The notes beneath the pieces are model-generated. The model was not told where the DNA came from, ran no database searches, and worked only from the letters and a program-made list of their open reading frames with translations. Below, one piece after another: positions 42,549-53,757 of a stretch of DNA of 64,000 nt (positions are counted from its first letter, which is position 1; every line of letters begins with the position of its first letter). The translations under genes were made by a program, and so were the position numbers. Origin of the DNA: an uncultured Desulfohalobiaceae bacterium (GTDB taxonomy: Bacteria; Desulfobacterota; Desulfovibrionia; Desulfovibrionales; Desulfothermaceae); NCBI GenBank assembly GCA_964619345.1, contig CAZUER010000002.1:15011-79010 (forward strand), read 5' to 3'.

Positions 42549-42610
42549 AGATGCGAGTGCAAAATCTGTATTTTTGCACTCGCCAGAAATCAGAGGTAAG
42601 CAAAAACAAA
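42549..42610 (+). repeat. family-A element abutting the fixX stop
   Basis: TGA-GA-GATGCGAGTGCAAAATCTGTATTTTTGCACTCGCCAGAAATCAGAGGTAAGCAAAAACAAA. The stem is GCGAGTGCAAAA (42553-42564) pairing with TTTTGCACTCGC (42572-42583). Confidence 0.75.
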
Positions 42611-42639
42611 GAGTTATGATTCAGTGAACAGGAGAATCC

Positions 42640-44340
42640 ATGAGCGCAGAGAAAAAGAACGGCAGGATGCTGATCAGAATCGGCGGTGAGGCCGGACAGG
42701 GGTTGGAGACTGTAGGTGAAATGCTGGCCAAGGCCCTGGTCCGTTCAGGCTACGAGGTGCTGACCACCCAGAGGGCCATGTCCAGGATACGGGGAGGACA
42801 CAATTATTTCTCCATCCTAACTGGAGCTGAGCCCCTTTCAGGACCGCAGGAAGACGTCGACCTCCTGGTGGCCTTTACCCAGGAGACCGTGGATGTGCAT
42901 AAGGATGCCTTGTCCGATCGAGGCCTGATCCTGATCGGGCCGGACATGGAGGACCAAGGGTTGAGCTCGGTGCTCAGCGTTCCGTACTCCGAGCTGGCCG
43001 AAGACACGATAATGGCCAATGTGGCCGCCCTGGGAGTGGTTTCGGCCATGATCGGGCTGGACCAGGAGTCGGTCTCCGGAGTTGTCCAGGATGCCTTGGG
43101 CTCAAAGCACCAGGACTTGTTGCCGAAGAACTTGCAGGCCCTGGATAATGGCATCCAATGGTCAGGACGGCAGTCCATTGACTTTCAGCCCTTGCCGGAG
43201 GGAACCGGAGCCCAGTCCAAACTGGCCATAAACGGCAACGAAGCCATTGCTTTGGGAGCTTTGGCCGGAGGAGTCGATTTCTGCTCCTTTTATCCCATGA
43301 CTCCGGCTACCAGTGTCGCTTTGAATCTCATCTCCCAGGCAGATGAGCTGGGCGTCGTCTGTGAACAGGCCGAGGACGAGATTGCAGTCATCAATATGGC
43401 CCTGGGGGCTTCGTTTTGCGGAGCCCGGAGCCTGGTTCCCACATCCGGCGGAGGATTCGCCCTGATGGGTGAAGGAATCAGCCTGGCCGGGATGACCGAG
43501 ACCCCTATTGTGGTCGTTCTGGCTCAAAGGCCCGGACCGGCCACGGGCCTTCCCACTCAGACGGAACAGGGGGATCTGGAGCTGGCCCTGGCCAGCGGTC
43601 ATGGCGAGTTCCCCCGGGCCATTATGGCTCCGGGAAATGCCGAAGAGTGCTTTCATCTGACCATCAAGGCCCTGGATTTGGCTGAGCGGTATCAGACTCC
43701 GGTCATTGTGCTCACCGATCAATATCTGGCCACTTCCATCCGGGCTGTGCAGCGCTTTGACCTTTCCAGTATAAGCCTGCCTCAGGCCCCGGCCGCGCAA
43801 AGTGATGACCCGGAATCCTATCAACGCTTCGCCTGGAGTGAGAGCGGCATATCGCCCAGACTCATTCCCGGAGCCGGCCGGCATCTGGTGGTGGCTGACA
43901 GCGATGAGCATACTCCTGATGGACACATCACCGAAGATCATCAGGTCAGGGTGGATATGGTAAACAAGAGGTTGAAAAAGCTGGAAGGCCTGGTCCAGGA
44001 GATTGTCCCTCCAGCCTATGCCGGGGATGATGATCCTCAGCTGCTTCTGATGACCTGGGGCTCAAGTCAGGGCTCTGTCCTGGAGGCGGCGGCGGCCCTC
44101 AGACAACAGGGACAACGGGTGGCCACTTTGGTCTTTTCCCAGGTCTGGCCTCTGGATCCAGAACACTTCCAGGACTATCTGGGCAGAGCCGGAAGGGTGG
44201 TCAGCGTGGAGAGCAATGCGACAGGTCAGCTGGCCAAGCTCATCAGGCGGGAAACGGGTTTCCAGGTCCAAAGCCAGGTCCGTCGCTATGACGGTCTGCC
44301 CATGACCTCGGCCCATATCCTCAGACAGCTCCAATCCTAA
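42640..44340 (+). CDS. korA: 2-oxoacid:ferredoxin oxidoreductase, fused gamma-alpha subunit
   Basis: The N-terminal gamma-like domain (IGGEAGQGLETVGEMLAKAL) is followed by an alpha domain (NGNEAIALGALAGG, SFYPMTPAT, GPATGLPT). Confidence 0.8.
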   Translation: MSAEKKNGRMLIRIGGEAGQGLETVGEMLAKALVRSGYEVLTTQRAMSRIRGGHNYFSILTGAEPLSGPQEDVDLLVAFTQETVDVHKDALSDRGLILIGPDMEDQGLSSVLSVPYSELAEDTIMANVAALGVVSAMIGLDQESVSGVVQDALGSKHQDLLPKNLQALDNGIQWSGRQSIDFQPLPEGTGAQSKLAINGNEAIALGALAGGVDFCSFYPMTPATSVALNLISQADELGVVCEQAEDEIAVINMALGASFCGARSLVPTSGGGFALMGEGISLAGMTETPIVVVLAQRPGPATGLPTQTEQGDLELALASGHGEFPRAIMAPGNAEECFHLTIKALDLAERYQTPVIVLTDQYLATSIRAVQRFDLSSISLPQAPAAQSDDPESYQRFAWSESGISPRLIPGAGRHLVVADSDEHTPDGHITEDHQVRVDMVNKRLKKLEGLVQEIVPPAYAGDDDPQLLLMTWGSSQGSVLEAAAALRQQGQRVATLVFSQVWPLDPEHFQDYLGRAGRVVSVESNATGQLAKLIRRETGFQVQSQVRRYDGLPMTSAHILRQLQS

Positions 44341-44364
44341 AAATTCCACCAGCACGAGGTATAT

Positions 44365-45219
44365 ATGGTATCCATTGAAGATTTCGGTCAGTATGAAACT
44401 GCTTGGTGTCCGGGTTGCGGAAACTTTTCCATTTCCACATGCGTGAAGAAAGCCCTGGCCGGCAAGAATATCGCCCCCCATGAGGTCCTGTTTGTTTCCG
44501 GAATCGGGCAGGCGGCCAAAGCGCCGCACTACATGAACTGCCATCTGTTCAACGGCCTGCATGGACGTTCACTGCCTGTGGCCACGGGGGCCAGACTGGC
44601 TAATCCGGACTTGACGGTCATAGCCGAAAGCGGGGACGGCTGCATGTACGGGGAAGGAGGCAACCATTTTCTGGCCGCCCTGCGCCGAAACGTCAATCTG
44701 ACCATGCTGGTCCATGACAACCAGATCTACGGATTGACCAAAGGACAGGCCAGCCCAACCAGCGGAGCAGGCCATGTGACCAAGGCCCAGCCTCACGGCG
44801 TGCAACGGGAGCCGATCCATCCCCTGAGCGTGGCCATCGCTATGCAGGCCGGATTTGTGGCCCGGGGCTTTACCGGCCTTCAGGATCAGCTTGTAGAGCT
44901 TATTCAGGCCGCCATCGATTTTCCAGGCTTTGCCCTGGTGGATATATTGCAGCAGTGCGTGTCCTTTAACCACGTGAACACCTTCAAGTGGTACAAAGAA
45001 CGCTGTCAGCCATTGGATGAGGCCTATGATCCCGGCGACTGGGAAGCAGCCATGGCCAAGAGCCAGGTATGGGGAGATATCATTCCCACCGGTATCCTGT
45101 ACAGGAACGATTCGAAAAGAAGCTTTGAGCAGAGCTTTTCGGCCATTTCCAAAGGGCCGCTCTTTAAGCAGCAGAGAAGCATGGAGGCAGTTGCCAGGGC
45201 TATGGAGAGCTTTGCCTAA
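44365..45219 (+). CDS. korB: 2-oxoacid:ferredoxin oxidoreductase beta (TPP-binding) subunit
   Basis: WCPGCGNF, GIGQA, GRSLPVATG, SGDGCMYGEGGNH and DNQIYGLTKGQ. Confidence 0.9.
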   Translation: MVSIEDFGQYETAWCPGCGNFSISTCVKKALAGKNIAPHEVLFVSGIGQAAKAPHYMNCHLFNGLHGRSLPVATGARLANPDLTVIAESGDGCMYGEGGNHFLAALRRNVNLTMLVHDNQIYGLTKGQASPTSGAGHVTKAQPHGVQREPIHPLSVAIAMQAGFVARGFTGLQDQLVELIQAAIDFPGFALVDILQQCVSFNHVNTFKWYKERCQPLDEAYDPGDWEAAMAKSQVWGDIIPTGILYRNDSKRSFEQSFSAISKGPLFKQQRSMEAVARAMESFA

Positions 45220-45267
45220 AAAAAGAGCCCAACAGGAGTCTTAAGACTCCTGTTGGGCTCTTTTTTT
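45218..45267. terminator. strong bidirectional rho-independent terminator
   Basis: AAAAAA-AGAGCCCAACAGGAGTC-TTAA-GACTCCTGTTGGGCTCT-TTTTTT. It lies between the convergent korB and peroxidase genes. Confidence 0.85.
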
Positions 45268-45417
45268 ATATTATGGAGTTATTTTTGGGGACAAGCTACA
45301 AACCAGATAGTCAATTTCAGGACAGGAAAAATGACAAGAAATTAAAATACATGGACCCTGCCTTTTGAAAGCTCAATATATATGCCGGCACCAGTCCTGC
45401 ACTGCCGGTCAAGTTAT

Positions 45418-46824
45418 TTACAGGCAGAGCATAAAGGCCGACAAATCCTTCTTTTCCTGCTGGGTGAGATCCAGCTGCAGCACCAGGTTGAAGAACTCCA
45501 CCGTATCGTCGATGGTCAGCAGCCGGCCATCATGATGGTAGGGTGGCGAGTCCTTGATTCCCCTGACAGTGAAGGCTTTGATCGGGCCGTCCGGTATGGA
45601 GTAGTGGTCACTTATCATCTCCGGCTCATAAAACCGCTCCAGGTGGAGATCCTGCATTTCGTGATTGGTATAGGACGGTGCTGGATGGCACTCACCGCAG
45701 CGGGCTTTGCCAAAGAACAGCTCCTCACCCCGCAGCTCCTGCTCAGTAGCCTTGGCCTTGACGAGGCGGCCGGCTGGATCAAGCTTCGGAGTCGGAGGAA
45801 AGTCAAACATATTCTGCATCTGAGCCATCATAGCCACCTGGCTGGCCCGGTCAGGCAAGTTCACGCCCTTCTTGGCCGCAATGACGTGGTCCCCGTCAAA
45901 GTAGGCGCTCCGCTGCTCGAACTCGGTGAAATCCTCGACCGAGCGCAGAGACCTCTTGGATCCATGGATCTGCTGGCTGTGCATCCCCCTGAGGCTGACT
46001 GTATCCAGCCGCAGGCGAGCAGCCTGGGGCCTGGTGTCCGGATTGAGATGGAAGGCGGCATTGGTGTGCCCGTTGACGTGGCAGTCCAGACAGGTCACCC
46101 CTAAGCTCGGCTCCTTTACCTTGCGGTCCTCCGTCTGATTGAACTGCTGCTGAGGAAATGGCGTCAGCAGGAGTCTCATGCCCTCCATTTGGACCGGGGT
46201 GAGTATGCCCTTAAAGATCTCATAGTAGTTCTTGATGGAGAGCACTTTGCCTTGAGAGACATCTCCCAGATCCGGACGGCTGGTCAGATAAATGGGCGGG
46301 GGGAACTCGGGCGTAAAGTGGTCCGGGATATCGAACTCGGTATCGAAACGATTGAGATTTCGATTCTCGAATTTGCGCATGGCATCAATCTGATTTTGAG
46401 GGAACACCTGACCGCCTGTGGAATGTTTGGAATGGGGCAGAGGCCTGAACCCCATAGGAAAGAGATCTTTTTTCTTGATCTCGGCAGGGGTCATTTGGGA
46501 CAGCTCCTGCCAGGTCACCCCTCCATGGAGCTTGACCCGCACTCCGCGCTGCACAGGTTTGCGTTCGGCTGACATCATGGTCTCAGAGGGGTTGTCGCTT
46601 AAATCATAGCGCCTCTCCAGAAGCTCCTTCTGGCGCTTGATGTACATGGGCCGGTCCGCGACGTCCTTTTCCATGATTTCCTCGAAGCTTTTCTCGATCA
46701 CCACCGGCATGTAGGTAGCGTTGTTCAGTTTGACCTCATTCTTGGCCAGCACAAGACCACCAAATACGGTCAGGACTCCTCCCATGGCTAAGCAAGCTGA
46801 GGCCAGGAGTTTTGCTTTGAGCAT
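45418..46824 (-). CDS. di-haem cytochrome c peroxidase/MauG-family protein
   Basis: I place the start at ATG 46824 (AAAGGAGGGG upstream), which gives a signal anchor. There are two haem c sites, CLDCH and CGECH, with surrounding CCP-like blocks (GVTCLDCHVNGHTN, FFGKARCGECHPAPSYTNH, PPYHHDG). Confidence 0.8.
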   Translation of the reverse strand: MLKAKLLASACLAMGGVLTVFGGLVLAKNEVKLNNATYMPVVIEKSFEEIMEKDVADRPMYIKRQKELLERRYDLSDNPSETMMSAERKPVQRGVRVKLHGGVTWQELSQMTPAEIKKKDLFPMGFRPLPHSKHSTGGQVFPQNQIDAMRKFENRNLNRFDTEFDIPDHFTPEFPPPIYLTSRPDLGDVSQGKVLSIKNYYEIFKGILTPVQMEGMRLLLTPFPQQQFNQTEDRKVKEPSLGVTCLDCHVNGHTNAAFHLNPDTRPQAARLRLDTVSLRGMHSQQIHGSKRSLRSVEDFTEFEQRSAYFDGDHVIAAKKGVNLPDRASQVAMMAQMQNMFDFPPTPKLDPAGRLVKAKATEQELRGEELFFGKARCGECHPAPSYTNHEMQDLHLERFYEPEMISDHYSIPDGPIKAFTVRGIKDSPPYHHDGRLLTIDDTVEFFNLVLQLDLTQQEKKDLSAFMLCL

Positions 46825-47297
46825 CTCGCCCCTCCTTTGTGGAGTTCGATGTTGTGTTAAGTAATTGACTTGATACGCGGGTGCGAGTACTGAGCCCGGT
46901 TCTAGACCAAGGCAGGGCCCACTGGGATTTGATCCTTGTGCCAAGCGGAAAGACTCAAGGACAGAGCTGAAGATTTTTCTGCAGCATGCTGAGCACAAAG
47001 GAGAGGGGATACAGACTTCATACTGTTATTTACTTCATATGGTATCTGATTTTTGGATCCGGTCAATCCATAGAGGTGAAATCTACCCGATACATCACCT
47101 TTCACCAGGCCTGAACCCAAGAAATGCTCAGCACAATTGCCGCCAAACGGCTCGTTTCACCTGTTTCTGGGCCAGGGACGTGAACCGCCTGGCAGCCAAG
47201 GTGCTCAAACCATAATTTGGCATTGACGGCTATTATCACAATAAGAACCTTTGCAGCGCTTGGCTTGTTCAGGCTTATGGAAAAGATATTCCCTGTC

Positions 47298-50200
47298 TCA
47301 TTCCTTTTGATCTTTGCCCAGCACTTGCTGCATGGCTGAGAACAGCTTTTCAAAGCCGACCGGCTTGAGCACATATTCGTTGAAGCCTGCATGCTGGTAG
47401 CTCTGCTTTTCCTGTTCGGTCACGGTCTGGGCGGACAGGGCAATGATCGGGATATCCGGGTTCATGACCAGAGGATCTGCGGTCCGAATGCGCATGGTGG
47501 CTTCGATCCCGTCCATGACCGGCATCCTGATGTCCATGAGCACCAGGTCGAAGCTGCCCTGGGCCAGCTTGTCCAGGGCCTGCTGACCGTTCTCGGCCAC
47601 CGTGACCTGGTGGCCGGATGTGGAGAGAAGGTCTATTGTGAATATTCGGTTCATTTTTTGATCTTCCACCAACAGAATGTTCAGGGGAGAGGAGTCAGAC
47701 CAGGATTTGGACCAGACAGCTGTATCGCTGCTCGATTCAGGCTCCTTCATGATTTGACCTTCGGTTTGAAAGGGCAGCTGAATGGAAAAGGTGCTGCCTT
47801 GGTCGGGTTTGCTCTCCACCCAGATTCTGCCCCCCATCTGCTCGGACAGGTTCTTGCAGATGGCCAGACCCAGCCCGGTACCCTGATCTGACGACAGTGA
47901 ATCATGGCCTCCCTGGTCGTAGGAGTCGAAGATGGTCTGCAGCCGGCTCGGATCGATGCCCTTGCCCGTGTCATTGACCTTGAAGAGGACCGTGGCGAGA
48001 TTGAAAGGATTTCCTTCTGAGCGGACGGCCAGATCGAGCTGCTCGGCCTCAAGGGAAACTGAGCCCTGGTCCGTGAACTTAATGGCGTTGGAGAGCAGGT
48101 TGTACAGGATTCGTTTCAATCTGTAGGGATCTCCGATCAAAACAGTGGGCAGGTCCCGGTCCACTCTCAGGTATTGCTTGATGCCCTTTTCCGAGGCAAG
48201 GACTTCAATCTCCTTGCACACATTGTTTAAGAGCCGGCGTGGATGGAACTCCTTTTCGTGCAGGGTGAACCGCCCAGCTTCCACCTTGGACAGGTCCAGG
48301 AGATCGTTTAAGAGCCAGAGGAGCGATTCCGCCGAGCTCTTGGCCACCTGGATCCTCTCCATCTGCTTGCCTTGAAGGCCTCCGGACTGGGCCAGCCGCA
48401 GCATACCCAGTATAGAGTTCATCGGGGTCCGGATCTCGTGGCTCATCTTGGCCAGGAACTCGGATTTGACCCGGTTGGCGGTCTCTGCCTGCTCCTTGGC
48501 CCGCTGGAGGGCCGCTTCGGCCTGGATCTGTTCGGTGATGTCAAGTCCGGTACCCACGAAGTACTGCTGCTCGTCCATGGTAATGAAATCAATGGAGAAG
48601 ATGGTATGCCTGAGCTCCCCGCCTTTTCTCCGGACCGAGAGCTTATGTTTGGTGATAGCGCCTTCAGGAGAAATGGTCTGTACGATCCTTTGTCGCTCCT
48701 CCGGGCTGATGATGCCAAGCTCCAGGGATGATTGACCGATTATTTCGTCGTGGGTGAAGCCGGTCAGATGGAGGTAGGTGTCATTGGCCTCGATGATCCT
48801 GCCGGTATCGACTTCGCTGATGAACATAAATCCCGGATTGTTGAAAAAGGCCTTGGCAAACTTCTCCTCGCTCTCCTGCCTTGCTCGCTCCAATTTCTTG
48901 ATTGGGGTGATGTCCTGGAAAACAGCTACTGCGCCCGAACGCTCCCCATCAGAATCCACTAAGGGCTCACTGTTGACCAGTACCCAGCGTTGCTGCCCGT
49001 CGGGCCATTCAATGCACACCTCCTCCTGTCGGCAGGTCTCACCGCGAAGGGCTGAGCGGCTCAAGGGGAGCTCGTATGGGTCGTAGATCATGCCAGCAGG
49101 ATGCGAGATGGAGAGGAAGCGATGGCTCTCGACTTCCTGCCCGTAAGGCACTGGCCGGTTGTAGATGCTATCAGCGGCCGGATTGGTCATTAGTATGCGA
49201 GCCTGCCGGTCACAGACCACTATGCCCTCGGGTGCGTTGTCGAATATGGCTTTGTGCAGCGCCTCACGCTCGGTCAGCTCTTTTATGAGCTGCTCGCGCT
49301 CGGCCTTCTTGTGCTTGCGGTCAATGAGGTCGGAGGCCATTCGGGCCAGGATATCCAGGTGGCGGGTATTTTGCTCGCTGAGACTATGAGGCCGGCCCCA
49401 ATGGGTGGAGAGCATTCCAATAAGAGCGCCCGACCGGGACAGCAGTGGGGTGCTCTGGGCCGCTTTGATTCCATTTTGAAGATAGGCATCCAGCTCATCG
49501 CTGCCCTTTAGAAAGTCGCATTGTGTTACATCCGGCACGAGGACCCTTTGCCGGAATTGAAGGGCTCTTCCACAGGTGCTTCGGGTGGTTGGTGTCACCC
49601 ATTTCCAGAAATCTGCGGCTTGTTCAGTAAAGCCTCTGCATGCCAGAAGCTTGAGTTTTCCATGTGTCCCACGATCCTGGAAAAACAAATGCAGGCTGGC
49701 GTAATCTGCCTGGGTGGTGGACAAAGCGGCGTCGAGAATCTTTTCGTTAAGGTTTTTGTCGTCCTTGGCCTCGACGAGTTGAGTGCTGACTTGCTGGAGC
49801 TGCTGAAGAGTGTTGAGCTCTTCGGCCGTGTCCTGCTCACTTTGCCGCAGAGCCTGAAGGGTTCGCTTCATTTCGGTGATGTCTGCTATTGTTTGGACCG
49901 CCCCGATGATCTCTTCGTTTTCATTTCTGATGGGTGCTGCACTGGAATGAACCGGGATAGGCTCCACCCTGTCCCGGGGGCGACACTGTATTTCCTTCCG
50001 GACCACAGTCTCGCCTCGGATCGCCCGTGAGGAGACCAGCTTCTCCGGGGGCAAGACCCGACCCTCTGCATCAGTGACGGTCAGGAGCTTGATGCGCTCC
50101 TCTACAGGCCAAGCCCGGATGTTCTCAAGGCTGTAGCCGGTCATGGCTTCAGCTGCCGGGTTCATGCGGGTGATCATGTTCTGGTTGTCGTATATGATGA

Positions 50201-50447
50201 CCCCTTCGGTAATGGAGTCCATGATCATTGAGTATTCCTTAACCTGGCATTCAGCCTCGGCCAGCCTGGTCTTGAGGTTGACGTTCTTCTCGTGGAGTTC
50301 CTTGTTCTGGGCCAAGCTTGACCTGTAAAGAATCGCCATTTCAGAAAGCAGAAACTGGATATCGGCCTCGGAAAATGAGGACCCATCAGGAATATTGCCG
50401 GTTTCAAAGGCTTCCCTGGCCAGCTGTCTCAGCTCTTCAGAGTCCAT
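47298..50447 (-). CDS. hybrid sensor histidine kinase (PAS-PAS-GAF-PAS-PAS-HisKA-HATPase-REC)
   Basis: H-box [11 protein letters not shown] boxes ([24 protein letters not shown]), and a C-terminal receiver ([10 protein letters not shown]...[14 protein letters not shown]...KP). Several PAS-like blocks and one GAF-like block lie upstream. Confidence 0.9.
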   Translation of the reverse strand: MDSEELRQLAREAFETGNIPDGSSFSEADIQFLLSEMAILYRSSLAQNKELHEKNVNLKTRLAEAECQVKEYSMIMDSITEGVIIYDNQNMITRMNPAAEAMTGYSLENIRAWPVEERIKLLTVTDAEGRVLPPEKLVSSRAIRGETVVRKEIQCRPRDRVEPIPVHSSAAPIRNENEEIIGAVQTIADITEMKRTLQALRQSEQDTAEELNTLQQLQQVSTQLVEAKDDKNLNEKILDAALSTTQADYASLHLFFQDRGTHGKLKLLACRGFTEQAADFWKWVTPTTRSTCGRALQFRQRVLVPDVTQCDFLKGSDELDAYLQNGIKAAQSTPLLSRSGALIGMLSTHWGRPHSLSEQNTRHLDILARMASDLIDRKHKKAEREQLIKELTEREALHKAIFDNAPEGIVVCDRQARILMTNPAADSIYNRPVPYGQEVESHRFLSISHPAGMIYDPYELPLSRSALRGETCRQEEVCIEWPDGQQRWVLVNSEPLVDSDGERSGAVAVFQDITPIKKLERARQESEEKFAKAFFNNPGFMFISEVDTGRIIEANDTYLHLTGFTHDEIIGQSSLELGIISPEERQRIVQTISPEGAITKHKLSVRRKGGELRHTIFSIDFITMDEQQYFVGTGLDITEQIQAEAALQRAKEQAETANRVKSEFLAKMSHEIRTPMNSILGMLRLAQSGGLQGKQMERIQVAKSSAESLLWLLNDLLDLSKVEAGRFTLHEKEFHPRRLLNNVCKEIEVLASEKGIKQYLRVDRDLPTVLIGDPYRLKRILYNLLSNAIKFTDQGSVSLEAEQLDLAVRSEGNPFNLATVLFKVNDTGKGIDPSRLQTIFDSYDQGGHDSLSSDQGTGLGLAICKNLSEQMGGRIWVESKPDQGSTFSIQLPFQTEGQIMKEPESSSDTAVWSKSWSDSSPLNILLVEDQKMNRIFTIDLLSTSGHQVTVAENGQQALDKLAQGSFDLVLMDIRMPVMDGIEATMRIRTADPLVMNPDIPIIALSAQTVTEQEKQSYQHAGFNEYVLKPVGFEKLFSAMQQVLGKDQKE

Positions 50448-50640
50448 GTTTCACTCCTTGTCCAACACGCATCATTCCATCTTAACATATTGAGCGCTCA
50501 ATTTAAATTAGAGTATTTTTCTTCTACGATCAAATCATAAGCGATCGTCCGAATACTGAGGTTATGAAGCAAGAAATCCGGGTTATCCTACCAGAACCGA
50601 GTCTGTCGGCCGTGGGCAAAAAAACTGCCTCCAAAACTTT

Positions 50641-50675
50641 TAAAGGTCCCTGCAGCCTTGAGCTGACGGGACCTT
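50641..50675 (-). terminator. candidate terminator after the second histidine kinase
   Basis: The minus strand reads AAAGGTCCC-GTCAGCTCAAGGCTGCA-GGGACCTTT, followed by AAAAGTTTT. Confidence 0.35.
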
Positions 50676-50753
50676 TGCCACCTTAGAGAGATATACGTAT
50701 TTTCGGATTGAAATGAAGCTTCTGGTCGGAGCAGGTTGGACACTGAATATTAC

Positions 50754-52685
50754 TCAAACTGCAACGTTTCTTTTCAGGACCTGCATTAATTCCTCATAAT
50801 CCATGGGCTTGGCTATGTAGTCATCCATCCCGGAGGACAGGAATTTCTCTTTATCGCCGGACATGGCGTAAGCAGTCATGGCTATGATCGGGATGTCCTT
50901 GATATCGCCTTTCAAAGACCTGATTCTCTTCGTGGTTTCAAGCCCGTCCAGAACAGGCATCTGGATATCCATGAGGATGCAGTTGAAACTGTTATGGTTC
51001 ATCTTTGCAAGAGCGTCTTTTCCGTTTTCTGCAATCTGGACTCGGGCTCCGGACATTTCTAAAATATCTCTGAGATAGAGCTGGGTCATACGGTCGTCCT
51101 CAACCACCAGGAGTCTCAGATCCCTGGAGCTACCACAGGGCATTTGGGCACTCTCACCATCCAGACTACAATGCTCAACGCTTGGGATGCGAAAAGGCAA
51201 GCTGACATAGATGGTTGTGCCGACACCTTCCAGGCTGTCTATGGCCAGATTTCCCCTGATCAGCTTGATCAGTCTTTTGACCAGGGGCAGGCCCAGCCCG
51301 GCCCCTTCATGCTGCCTGGCGTAGGGAGAGGGGTTGTTGCTGCCGGCCTGGGTGAAGGTTTCAAATATCCAGTCTATCTTGTTATCGGAAATTCCGGGGC
51401 CTGTATCGGATATGATAAAGAGGACCCTGCAGACATTTTCCTGGTATCTCGGCAACTGAGCGGCGTGAACCTCGATTCGGCCTTGATGCGTGAATTTGAC
51501 GGCATTGCCCACAAGATTGAACAGGATATGTGTCAATCGAGAGGAATCGCCGGTGAGCTTCTTTGGCAGGCCTGGATCATAATGTATTTCCAGGGTATTC
51601 CCATTTTCCTGAGCCACATGGGCAAAAGTATCCTTGATGGACTGCATGGTCTCGGGCAGCGAAAAAACATCCTCGCTGATCTCCATTTTATCGGCTTCGA
51701 TCTTGCTCAAGTCAAGAATTTCTTTCAACAATCTGGCCAGCCGCTGTGAGGACTTGGTGGCCATGTCCACATATTCTTGTTGTTCCTGGTCCAAATCAGT
51801 GGTCTGCATAACCTGCATCATACCCATGATTCCGTTCAAGGGAGTGCGAATTTCGTGGCTCATATTGGCCAAAAACTCCGACTTGGCTCTGTTGGCGGCT
51901 TCAGCCGACTCCTTGGCCTTCAGCTGCTCGGTCAGATCCACCCCCATGCTGGTTACATCCTGAATATTTCCATATCCATCCTTTGTCACCACATTGGACC
52001 AGGATATGGTCCGCTTTTCTCCGTTTCGAAGCACAATTTCGTTTTCAAAGCTGGAGAACTTCTCTTCGCTGTCGCTGGAAATGGTTTCAAAAAAGACTTG
52101 ATGGACTGATTTTCGAATGTCTTTGGGGATAAAGATTGAAAACCAGTCTTTTCCCCAAATCTCTTCAAAATTCCAGCCGGTCAAGCTCAAAAAATGCTTG
52201 TTGGCATAACCTATGGTGCCGTCCGGCAACAGAGAAATGCTGATCTGGGGAATGTCCTCCAGGATTTTCCGGAAACGCCTGTCGGAATCTTGTAGCGCTT
52301 TTTGGGTTTTTATACGCTCGGTAATATCGATCACACTTGTGTACAGGATATCTTTGCCTTGGAAGGTTATTGGTCCGCTGTAGACTTCAACATCCCTGAT
52401 CTCGCCGCTTTTCAGACGGTGCTTGAACTGGAAGTACTGCCGGTCCATGTCTTTGGCCTTTTGCATTTCCATCCGGATTTCATCAGGGGTTAAGGTGTTG
52501 ATGTCGAAAATAGATGTGCCGGCCATCTCATTTCTGGTCCAGCCGTAAAAGGCGCAGGCCGACTTGTTGGCATCAAGGATATATCCGGTCTCTGGATCAA
52601 TCAGGAGCATGGACACTGCATTGTCCTCAAAAAGGGACCGGAATTGCTTTTCACTTTCCACTTTTGATGGTTCGTGGGAAATCAT
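50754..52685 (-). CDS. hybrid sensor histidine kinase (PAS-PAS-HisKA-HATPase-REC)
   Basis: H-box [26 protein letters not shown] and GAGLGLPLV. The C-terminal receiver reads [10 protein letters not shown]...[14 protein letters not shown]...KP. Confidence 0.9.
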   Translation of the reverse strand: MISHEPSKVESEKQFRSLFEDNAVSMLLIDPETGYILDANKSACAFYGWTRNEMAGTSIFDINTLTPDEIRMEMQKAKDMDRQYFQFKHRLKSGEIRDVEVYSGPITFQGKDILYTSVIDITERIKTQKALQDSDRRFRKILEDIPQISISLLPDGTIGYANKHFLSLTGWNFEEIWGKDWFSIFIPKDIRKSVHQVFFETISSDSEEKFSSFENEIVLRNGEKRTISWSNVVTKDGYGNIQDVTSMGVDLTEQLKAKESAEAANRAKSEFLANMSHEIRTPLNGIMGMMQVMQTTDLDQEQQEYVDMATKSSQRLARLLKEILDLSKIEADKMEISEDVFSLPETMQSIKDTFAHVAQENGNTLEIHYDPGLPKKLTGDSSRLTHILFNLVGNAVKFTHQGRIEVHAAQLPRYQENVCRVLFIISDTGPGISDNKIDWIFETFTQAGSNNPSPYARQHEGAGLGLPLVKRLIKLIRGNLAIDSLEGVGTTIYVSLPFRIPSVEHCSLDGESAQMPCGSSRDLRLLVVEDDRMTQLYLRDILEMSGARVQIAENGKDALAKMNHNSFNCILMDIQMPVLDGLETTKRIRSLKGDIKDIPIIAMTAYAMSGDKEKFLSSGMDDYIAKPMDYEELMQVLKRNVAV

Positions 52686-53208
52686 ATGTCATGTATCCTG
52701 GATTTACCCTGGTTGGGGCTGATTTTTTCTAGTGGGAGCAGAATGTAAGGAACATCCTGCTTTCACAAGGGCAAAAAGTAAACAGCTCTTTACCTTCGTG
52801 AGTAAAAAAACCAAGCTCCAGCTGTCGTCTTATGTTTCTTCAATACACAGGAACAAGACTATAATCCTGAGCTTGATAACCGAAGCCACCCAAACAACGC
52901 ATGAAACTATTTGACATTTCATGGTACCCCTTTTGTGTAGAATATTTCAACGATTAAGGGAAATGTTCAGATAAAACAAGATGTTTGAGGTTCCTGTTTC
53001 TATGCATGATATGTGCCTAATAAATAAACACAAAAAAACAAACAGATAGACTATTGAAATGATGATTCTCCGCTTGATATGTGTGGCATGGCCACAATGA
53101 CTGAGGCACAAGGCCGCTTTTGTGGCACACTTTTTCCAAAAGCTGGATGGCGGGCGGGAAATTATGTGGGTTTGCCAGAGGTGAGCCAGGGGGAGTCCGG
53201 GCAAAGAT

Positions 53209-53700
53209 TTACACAGAGGCAATCCTCAGATTTTTTTCGATGCGCAGAATATTCTGATCGTCGTGACGCATATAGGAGTAGGAATCCGAGAGCTGAGAAA
53301 TAATATAAATTCCGCGTCCAGACTCCTTGGTTGGATCAAGCTGATGATCTTTTTTGCCTGGCCCTGAGAAGGGCTTGCCACCGTCAAATATCTTGATCAA
53401 CACTTTGTTGCCGTTCTCCACAACGAGCTGCACCTTGATATAACCGTCGTGGTCATTGTTGTATCCATGAACCACAACATTGGTGCAGGCCTCTGTGATG
53501 ATCAGCTCCAACTCAAAAAGGATCTTGGGATCTGAAGTGAACCTTTGCAGGAAAAAGACAGCCTTGCGGGCAAGACTGCGACAGTCATGGATGTTGGATT
53601 TAGAGCTGAATGTTTTTCGCATCTTTCTAACCTGCTGCGGATGACTATCCACATGAGGATTTTTATAAGCAGGAGTGGTATTTGAAAAAGAATCGGACAT
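53209..53700 (-). CDS. RsbW/SpoIIAB-like anti-sigma-type serine kinase (HATPase_c_2)
   Basis: LELIITEACTNVVVHGY...IKVQLVVENGNKVLIKIFDGGKPF...GRGIYIISQLSD follows the N-box / G1 / G2 pattern of partner-switching kinases. Confidence 0.7.
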   Translation of the reverse strand: MSDSFSNTTPAYKNPHVDSHPQQVRKMRKTFSSKSNIHDCRSLARKAVFFLQRFTSDPKILFELELIITEACTNVVVHGYNNDHDGYIKVQLVVENGNKVLIKIFDGGKPFSGPGKKDHQLDPTKESGRGIYIISQLSDSYSYMRHDDQNILRIEKNLRIASV

Positions 53701-53757
53701 GGGCTGCTCTGCAATCTCGTTCAGTTTATTATGACAATAAGATGTATGTTCAAAAAA

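Noticed and set aside
53082-53130. TGTGGC-ATG-GCCACA palindrome plus a third TGTGGC box in the region upstream of the second histidine kinase
   Set aside because: This is a single occurrence in a long AT-rich spacer with no second site elsewhere in the window. It could be a regulator site, but I cannot distinguish it from chance.
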